A stretch of DNA of 64,000 nt from Candidatus Stercoripulliclostridium sp. (lineage in GTDB: Bacteria > Bacillota > Clostridia > Christensenellales > DTU072), in contig JAZSLG010000071.1 in the NCBI GenBank assembly GCA_045535235.1, positions 3,445 to 67,444 of the forward strand, in the 5' to 3' direction. Position 1 is the first letter of the stretch, and each line of letters opens with the position of its first letter. Positions 58,201-64,000 of the stretch are shown one piece after another. The notes under the pieces were generated by a model that ran no database searches, was not told the origin of the DNA, and saw only the letters and a list, made by a program, of their open reading frames with translations. The translations under genes and the position numbers were made by a program.

Positions 58201-61200
58201 ACTCTTCCTTCTCACTTTATCTATGAGAATAACGTAACCGTATCGGATAGCGCCAAAATCTCCTTCAATCTTTCCGCGGGCGGCAATATCATAGGTAACG
58301 TTTCTACTCTATTTAGTATTACTCCTCGTTCGTTTGAGGAGATTGCTACCGGTCTTGGTAGCGGTACCAACCAAACCGTATGTAGGATTATGACTACTGG
58401 CGCGAATAACGTTGTTACCTACGTTGGTAAGGACATACCCGTTACGACTACGAGTCAAGTTATAGCATATCCGTTACCCGGGACTATAACCAGTGAGGTT
58501 TTGGAAGAGGGCGTTGACTTTGAGTTCTCATTCTCCAACAATACCCAAGTAACTCAATACGCAATAATGACGGTAACCGGAAAGGGCAACTACCAAGGTA
58601 CTATTAGTGCTTACTACTATATTGTTGCAAGAGACGTTAGCAAGATACAAAATCTAATAGTTCCTCTTGAGGACCAAACCTATACCGGTTCCGTAATCAA
58701 TCCTACGCCGGATACTATAACGATAGTCGTTGATGGCGAGAACGTAACCCTTCGTCGTGGAGTAGATTACAACAAAGCGGATGCTCACGGTGAAAATCAG
58801 TTCGTTTACGCAAGCGATGCTGACCAAAAAGCAAACAACTATATTACGATTGACTTTACCGGATACTCCAAAGATTCTCCAAACAAGGGAACGGGTGGTA
58901 ACTATTACGGCAAAGGTATAGTTGCATACTTTACGATTGTACCCAAGAATTTGGATTCTAGCGACGTTGAAACTTACGCAAGTTGGAAGAATAACCAAAG
59001 CGTAGCAACCTATAACGGTGAAAGCATAAAAGACCTACCCTTAGAAACGGAAAAAGATACTATTAAGGGTTCCACCACCACTAATACCCTTTACGTTTGG
59101 GATACCGTTGCAAACGCGAACGCTCCTCTAGCCAAAGATAGCGATTACGTGGTTGTCGGCTGGGGCGAAAATATTAACGCAGGCGACGACTCCGGTGAAC
59201 TTTACGTAGAAGGCCTTGGTAACTATACGGGTAGAGTAACTATCACCTTTAAGATTTATCCTAGGAACTTTAGTCCCAAAGAGGGATACGACCCGTTATC
59301 CATATCCCTTAGTGCAACCCAATTTGAATATACGGGAAGCATGATTACGCCCACCGGTGAAATCGTTAAAGATACCGGTCTAGGCGAGGTAAAATTAGTT
59401 CTTGGTAAAGATTACGAATTAAAGTATGGTGATGATAAAGTTTCCCAAGACGGACTTGACTACAACATTGACGTACTTAAGGGTGGTAAGGTTACCGTAG
59501 TAGGTATAGGAAACTATGCCGGAGAAAAGACGGCAACTTTCGCAATTACCCAAAAGGAACAAAACGTATGGTTGGAAAATCCCTATGGTAACGGCTACAA
59601 CGAGGATATCCTTGCTCTTGAAAGTTGGGCAAACAAAGCCTCGCTAAAGAAAGAAGCCAACGATGGCAATATCGGCGTTCATTACGCAGATTACGAAATT
59701 AATTCCGTAGTAGCAAAGACTATGACCGTAGTCGCTTACACCGATGCTATTTACCCCTTACGTTTGGTTAAGATTAAGGCGATTAATATTTCGGGTTCCA
59801 CTTCGGGTGTAGTTAGTGTAAGTTACACCAAATTGGAAGCCACCGAAATAGATGGCAAGATTTACGCAAAGACTACCGCAAAGCTAACCTTTAGCAATAA
59901 TTACGGTATAGTAAGAATATATGCTGTTCAAGAAGACGACGTTATAGAAAACAATCGTCTTAACACCTCGACTACCAACCCCGATGCGAAGATAGGGGAG
60001 GGTGAAAGCGCTGTTATTTACCAAAACCGCGGTAACTACAAGGGCTACACCCACACTTGGGGTAAGGATAACGTATATTCCATTTATGCAAAACGTCAAG
60101 ATAGCTTCGGTAACGGCGTACCTACCTATATTAGCAAGATTTACGGTAACGAGAACTTTACTATTGCTCCCAACCTAAATTCTACTGCTACCTTACAAAA
60201 CGCTTTTGGATACTCCGTAAAGACCGACTGCTCGGCGGAAACCTACGTTGATACCAACCTAAACGGCAAATACGACGCGGGAGAAACCTTTACCGACCTT
60301 AATGGTAACGGTGCTTACGACCCCTATATCGTGTTGGTTACCGGCACCGGTAACACTAGAACGGCAAGCGTTGGTATTGCCGGTACTGCAACGATAACCG
60401 TTTATCACAACGGCTACGTTCCGCGTGAATACGATTCCAATAGCGGTAAATACGTTGCTTTGGATTACATTAATGCCGGCGACGACGAGAAGGCTTATTT
60501 AGCGTTTGAAGACGATATATCGGTAACGGTAAAGAAGAGACTACTATACATATCTTTTGAAGAGCTAACCGTTGCATACGGCGAGACGCCAGAGTTCAAA
60601 TTCACCTATACGACTGAGTCTAGTAACACCAATCCTACCGAGTCCGACCCCTGGACTACGTTGAATTACGGTACCAGAGAGGATAGCATAGAGGATATTA
60701 TACAAGGATTCAAAGTTGCTTACGACGAATCTTATAGAGACGTTAACGAAGACCGCGGTTACGAATTGGAGGTATTCCAACTTGACGATGCTTACGTAAC
60801 CAAAGGTTCATTGTACGACAACTATGATATCAGATATAAAGAAAGCTTCCTAAAGATTAGAAAAAAAGAAGTAATGGTTTCCGTTTCCATGGCAGGAAGT
60901 TCGGCAAATACTATTACAAAAGTATATGGTGCAAAGAATCCCACTTCTACGGATTATACCATAAACTACGACGGTTTCGTCTTTGGCGATACCGTGAGTG
61001 TTTTGATGGAAAAGGATGCTTCATTCATAGCTCCTACCGTAAACTTTGACGGCGGAATAGTAATCGTTACCAATGAAAGCACGGGTACGACTATTACTAC
61101 TCAAAAGATTGATACTTATACCGGCGTTGGCGGTTACGTTGTTGCGTTAACGAATGGTAGTGCAACCAGCTACGTATTCAAGACCGTAGCGGTAGACTTG

Positions 61201-64000
61201 AACGTTATTCCCGCCGAAGTAGTTATTAAGATTGGTAAGACCGTAGACGGAGAGTTCCAAGAAGCAACCGATGGTATTGCAATAGAAAAAGACTACGACG
61301 GTTCACCCGTACCCATGACGAAAGAGAACGTAAGTATACAAGGACTCAGCTTAGACCATACCTTACCTATTCAAAACGATAAGACGAGAATAACCTTTAC
61401 TTACGGCTATGGTACCAATGAAACGAGTATAGCACAATCCTATGCTAGAACCTATTCGGTAAAAGTTACTTTCTACGCAGCAGACGGCGATAACTACACC
61501 ACTACTATACAAAAGTTTGAAGGAGCTATAGTTATTAACAAAGTTCCTCCCGTCATTACTTTGAATAAAGCGGAAGTAGAGTATTCCTCGGGTAGACCTA
61601 TTGACACTAAATACGTTCAACCCGTCATCTCCAGACTACCCGGCGGTAAGGAAGTAGGTAACCCCAAGCCAAATAAGCTATTATTCGAAATTAACCCCGA
61701 AGAGGGCTATGAACCCAATTATGACAAGGAAACCGGTATAATTATTAGCTACGATGAGAGCAAGTATACCGATACTCCTCCTTCGGAAATCGGCGTATAC
61801 GACATGATAGTTATCTACGTTGCAAACGCCGACGACTGTTACTCCGACGTTACCGTGTACTTTGAGGACGTACTTGAAGTTGCAACCGGTATTGCTACCA
61901 TAAATTACACCGGTGGCAAGAAGGCACACAAATACGATGGTAAAGGCTTTGGTGTTAACGCTCAAGCGGACTTCAAAATAACCTTTACTTCCCAAGAAAC
62001 CGGTATAACCCAAACTATTAGTGGCGGAACTATAAACGTAGAATATTCTATTGATGGTATTACCTTTACTTCCGACGAACCAAAGGACGTTGGTTCCTAT
62101 GCGATTAAGGTTACCTATATTCCGGAAGAGGGCGCCCAAATTAGAGGAAATACGGCAACGTTTACCGAAGTTATAACCATTACGCCTTACGACCTTGCCG
62201 AGGGTGGAATTGTTGTCAAACTAGATGGAATGAGCTACGGATGGCATACCGTAACCTACGACGCAAAGGGACATGCTTTGTCAAATTCCGAGATAGTCCT
62301 AGTTCCCGTTCCCGCAGACCAATCAAATGCAGACAGAAAACCCAAAGGTAGCATTTCCGTAATTTACGTTAACGAGTACGGTGATGAGTTTACTACGCCC
62401 GTTGGCGCAGGCAAGTACAAGGCAAGGATTACCTATATCGCAAACGAAAGTGGTGATAACTATTATGCTTCCATGCCGGTAGAAACCGCAGTCGTAATGC
62501 AAATTAATCCCGCAGGTGTACGCATTGAGGAGATATTAAACAATTATAACTCTCCTTATACTGGTAACGGCGTTCAAATGCCCCCGGTATACTTCTACGG
62601 TGTAGAAATTGCTCCCGGAGAATACGACGTACCCAAGGGCACGCTAGTATATCAATATCGTAAGAGTGGTACCCAAGACGCTTGGTCGATTAATCGTCCC
62701 GTAAACGCAGGTACCTACGACGTATTGGTAAAATATCGTGCCGCTGAAAAGGATAACTACTTTAACCACACCGATAACGACGGTAAAATAGGCATTGGCG
62801 TTATAACAATAGACCCCGTTAAACCCAATATCATTATCAACCCGATGGTATTTGATTTTGGTACCAATATTGCTCCTTACTACGACGTGCTTGACAATAG
62901 CGTAGATAACGCGTTTGCATTACTTGGCGCTACGGCAGACGTTAACGGTCCCTCTAAAGACCTTATCGCTCCCGACCAATACCACAACGCGGTTGCACAA
63001 ATCATCGTTCAATATGGTACTCGTTACACCAACTCTTCTACCAACAAGATAGAATACGCTTGGTCCACCACTCCTCCCACGACTTCGGGTAAGTATAGCA
63101 TTAAGGTTATTTACCAAGTGCTTCAAAGCGGTTCTTCCAACTATAGTACCACTTCCGTAACTAAGCAAGACTACTTGACCATCAACAACATCGTGCCGTG
63201 GTTTACTCTTGAAAGTAAAGAAGTAGATTATGCCGGTACGCGTATGGAAGCAAACGTTGCAAAGATATTCGATAGTGCTAGCTACGACAACGAATACGTA
63301 AAGTGGGTTGAAGGCATAGACGAACTTGATTACAACTGCTACTACGGTACTATCAGCTACGAGTACAGGAAGTACGGTACCGAGACGTGGTCAACCTTGG
63401 CTCCCTCCGAGGTCGGTTTGTACGACGTTCGTGTTGCGTACATAGAAAACAAGCAAAAAGACGTATTTACCTCTACTACCATGATATTCGAGGGCGCACT
63501 CAATATTAATCAACTCGTTATTACGGTAATGCCCATTTACGGACAAGGAAACGTATACGACGGCTCCTATACGGACGGCAACGCAATTGCTTACGTTTAC
63601 TCTTACGAACGTGACGGTTACAAATATATGGTATACTCCAACGTGGGCAATTTGGATAAGAACGAAATTATCGATATTTCTTCCGCCGAGTACGTTGCTG
63701 ATAACGGCTACGTATATACCATAATTACCGATACCGGTTTATTAACAGATGCATGGCTTGACTACTATACTAGAGTACTAACCCTAGTTTCCGGTAGTTT
63801 CGTAGATGGAAATACTACCGTAGAGTTCAACTTTGGCGACCTTGACGACGTTGAGGGTAAAGTAGCTTTCACCTCTGGGGAGGGCAAGAATTACGTTATT
63901 GATTTGGATAACGAAATCGTTTACTTGAACGACGGCATAGAGTATACGTTAGGCGTAGAAAGCGGATACTTCTTTACCGAAATTGACGGCGAAGGCAGAG
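55294..64000 (+). CDS. second giant cell-surface protein, 3'-partial (more than 2902 aa): N-terminal TM anchor, Ig-like/MBG-like repeats
   Basis: Absent from the ORF track because no stop occurs before the window end. ATG at 55294 with RBS agagagg. My spot translations at four places (55294-56470, 57541, 60241 and 63961) are all in frame and protein-like. TM segment FLKYAIVGIAVFLAFVILFTV. Modules with Y-[TS]-G-x2-[IQ]-x-P ... DY ... GNY-x-G signatures, and an MBG-like KVYGAKNPTSTDYTINYDGFVFGD. Confidence 0.8.
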   Translation, partial: MNKQFELVPMEVNVTNDTATKKKSPALKFLKYAIVGIAVFLAFVILFTVGAEKINPAVDTIMQKMGMGEQIVANSSPVAHAWTYAWTNPYPSNGANNENYVASTSSFSWRVQNQANTLRPTTNHSGWNWGVREKSGSGYSIADNGQISCNTGNAFNVQTIFYVDIYIDDLARAAIANGQITTCSVKLAVSGVGTKNAYDYGMLYGTFFMCASYEGESSAAWNKMGANNVTATGDKFDCKLNSSGGVNTLANYDSGSNLSLTLNSQMKKIRFGLYYNMNKTERAWWYVSDAECFAPPPTISTNFTTDSYKNAKLSFSVNGAGGHIYPAVANTFGKSSTDDNLDTWSATDGKTYTKVSFDSANLYGGVDIGNVIAKPDPGYYFSGWKIVSGGLSSSHDKRSTTLNIIDGAYLKGNTETKITAYFRKLDIVDVDREWIYLQLLKSDGTLELDTNGNPTLVRQGPSVVVPSANSDTGTSASFVLTGGVYSDTGSTFSSSHGMYQSADGGKTYKDNLKPYNAGQYRLIVGVFVSGTETSTSKVLGYYITTFEIKAVNVTNNPDNNHTVTTSADIEKRAYSGTAYTPVPTYVDIVVNGRPYRMLNSTDYTINAYANNVNVTRDPLGEAINGAYFTFGAKGNFTGQNDVKFGIDHLDISNFTYESAMATEIQQNYGVVYNGYEQRPGTGDQLHQYGVIAIRITGDVYQAGDLNAGKETKTFTIYIRTATNASAYNDALSTYKASGGHYYIYDYESFVDKNSNGAYDSGEEFTDLNGNGKYDTGAVNTNKEYSSLVMQDEGGNYLGDSYSYFYIKYLGNILIPDLVYENNVDVCTYLPNSSTNEENCAYFSILMAQESSNMKGELKAFFNIAPLDLNNLPDGSSVTLIPQTLSHVYTSESITPIPDVVQIKVSGLYPYLYSAGDNTYSNKETLPITYSIAREEAISAGLVYEDAIDVSKTGVGGVHSFNAWNAYYNGTLPSHFIYENNVTVSDSAKISFNLSAGGNIIGNVSTLFSITPRSFEEIATGLGSGTNQTVCRIMTTGANNVVTYVGKDIPVTTTSQVIAYPLPGTITSEVLEEGVDFEFSFSNNTQVTQYAIMTVTGKGNYQGTISAYYYIVARDVSKIQNLIVPLEDQTYTGSVINPTPDTITIVVDGENVTLRRGVDYNKADAHGENQFVYASDADQKANNYITIDFTGYSKDSPNKGTGGNYYGKGIVAYFTIVPKNLDSSDVETYASWKNNQSVATYNGESIKDLPLETEKDTIKGSTTTNTLYVWDTVANANAPLAKDSDYVVVGWGENINAGDDSGELYVEGLGNYTGRVTITFKIYPRNFSPKEGYDPLSISLSATQFEYTGSMITPTGEIVKDTGLGEVKLVLGKDYELKYGDDKVSQDGLDYNIDVLKGGKVTVVGIGNYAGEKTATFAITQKEQNVWLENPYGNGYNEDILALESWANKASLKKEANDGNIGVHYADYEINSVVAKTMTVVAYTDAIYPLRLVKIKAINISGSTSGVVSVSYTKLEATEIDGKIYAKTTAKLTFSNNYGIVRIYAVQEDDVIENNRLNTSTTNPDAKIGEGESAVIYQNRGNYKGYTHTWGKDNVYSIYAKRQDSFGNGVPTYISKIYGNENFTIAPNLNSTATLQNAFGYSVKTDCSAETYVDTNLNGKYDAGETFTDLNGNGAYDPYIVLVTGTGNTRTASVGIAGTATITVYHNGYVPREYDSNSGKYVALDYINAGDDEKAYLAFEDDISVTVKKRLLYISFEELTVAYGETPEFKFTYTTESSNTNPTESDPWTTLNYGTREDSIEDIIQGFKVAYDESYRDVNEDRGYELEVFQLDDAYVTKGSLYDNYDIRYKESFLKIRKKEVMVSVSMAGSSANTITKVYGAKNPTSTDYTINYDGFVFGDTVSVLMEKDASFIAPTVNFDGGIVIVTNESTGTTITTQKIDTYTGVGGYVVALTNGSATSYVFKTVAVDLNVIPAEVVIKIGKTVDGEFQEATDGIAIEKDYDGSPVPMTKENVSIQGLSLDHTLPIQNDKTRITFTYGYGTNETSIAQSYARTYSVKVTFYAADGDNYTTTIQKFEGAIVINKVPPVITLNKAEVEYSSGRPIDTKYVQPVISRLPGGKEVGNPKPNKLLFEINPEEGYEPNYDKETGIIISYDESKYTDTPPSEIGVYDMIVIYVANADDCYSDVTVYFEDVLEVATGIATINYTGGKKAHKYDGKGFGVNAQADFKITFTSQETGITQTISGGTINVEYSIDGITFTSDEPKDVGSYAIKVTYIPEEGAQIRGNTATFTEVITITPYDLAEGGIVVKLDGMSYGWHTVTYDAKGHALSNSEIVLVPVPADQSNADRKPKGSISVIYVNEYGDEFTTPVGAGKYKARITYIANESGDNYYASMPVETAVVMQINPAGVRIEEILNNYNSPYTGNGVQMPPVYFYGVEIAPGEYDVPKGTLVYQYRKSGTQDAWSINRPVNAGTYDVLVKYRAAEKDNYFNHTDNDGKIGIGVITIDPVKPNIIINPMVFDFGTNIAPYYDVLDNSVDNAFALLGATADVNGPSKDLIAPDQYHNAVAQIIVQYGTRYTNSSTNKIEYAWSTTPPTTSGKYSIKVIYQVLQSGSSNYSTTSVTKQDYLTINNIVPWFTLESKEVDYAGTRMEANVAKIFDSASYDNEYVKWVEGIDELDYNCYYGTISYEYRKYGTETWSTLAPSEVGLYDVRVAYIENKQKDVFTSTTMIFEGALNINQLVITVMPIYGQGNVYDGSYTDGNAIAYVYSYERDGYKYMVYSNVGNLDKNEIIDISSAEYVADNGYVYTIITDTGLLTDAWLDYYTRVLTLVSGSFVDGNTTVEFNFGDLDDVEGKVAFTSGEGKNYVIDLDNEIVYLNDGIEYTLGVESGYFFTEIDGEGR
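57544..57615 (+). repeat. 24-residue paired Ca2+-loop-like motif, copy 2 (DKNSNGAYDSGEEFTDLNGNGKYD)
   Basis: Same pattern as copy 1. In frame in the 55294 gene. Confidence 0.6.
60250..60321 (+). repeat. 24-residue paired Ca2+-loop-like motif, copy 3 (DTNLNGKYDAGETFTDLNGNGAYD)
   Basis: Same pattern as copies 1 and 2. In frame in the 55294 gene. Confidence 0.6.

Noticed and set aside
1-64000. Mobile-element boundaries, tRNA/rRNA genes and CRISPR arrays.
   Set aside because: I found no integrase, transposase or recombinase motif, no terminal inverted or direct repeats bracketing the island, no tRNA-like cloverleaf in intergenic regions and no repeat-spacer array. Small or degenerate elements could still be missed by eye.

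Overview
This window looks like a low-GC Gram-positive (Bacillota/Clostridia-like) chromosomal segment, judging by GGAGG-type ribosome-binding sites, lipobox lipoproteins and birA-bioY. I saw no rRNA, tRNA, CRISPR array, integrase or transposase. It divides into three parts.

(1) Positions ~1-19,940 form a dense defence-island-like accessory block:
- a stand-alone SIR2_2-type protein with a small upstream partner;
- an XRE repressor divergent from a tiny Zn-ribbon/glycine-zipper protein, followed by a membrane-anchored PI-PLC-like phosphodiesterase;
- two unknown genes;
- a fused TIR-TIR protein divergent from an HTH gene;
- a five-gene TerY-P-like operon (vWA, Cys-rich vWA, vWA, Ser/Thr kinase with three C-terminal repeats, PP2C phosphatase fused to a long coiled coil);
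- a translationally coupled trio of an SNF2 helicase, a MoxR-type AAA+ ATPase and an HExxH-metallopeptidase/vWA (DUF2201-type) protein, preceded by a ~250-nt leader.
I consider the SNF2-MoxR-vWA trio the best candidate for an undescribed conflict system. The expanded TerY-P-like operon is second.

(2) Positions ~20,000-45,600 are ordinary metabolic and transport genes:
- a PNPOx/Nim-like protein, a metallophosphoesterase and a hypoxanthine-type DNA glycosylase;
- an FAD oxidoreductase, WYL regulator and GH43 packed together;
- a PHP hydrolase;
- a BMP-type nucleoside ABC transporter, a Maa-like acetyltransferase and a GH51 arabinofuranosidase;
- an amino-acid ABC transporter and YerC;
- birA-bioY with a recognisable BirA operator;
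- a GNAT, a Macro-HTH fusion next to a small vWA, a condensation-type acyltransferase, a membrane protein and an esterase.

(3) Positions 45,994-64,000 hold two tandem giant surface proteins anchored by N-terminal TM segments: 3064 aa, and more than 2902 aa running off the window. They contain Ig-like repeats, GLUG-type beta-helix repeats and a recurring 24-residue paired Ca2+-loop motif.

All functional calls rest on motifs read by eye. No database search was run.
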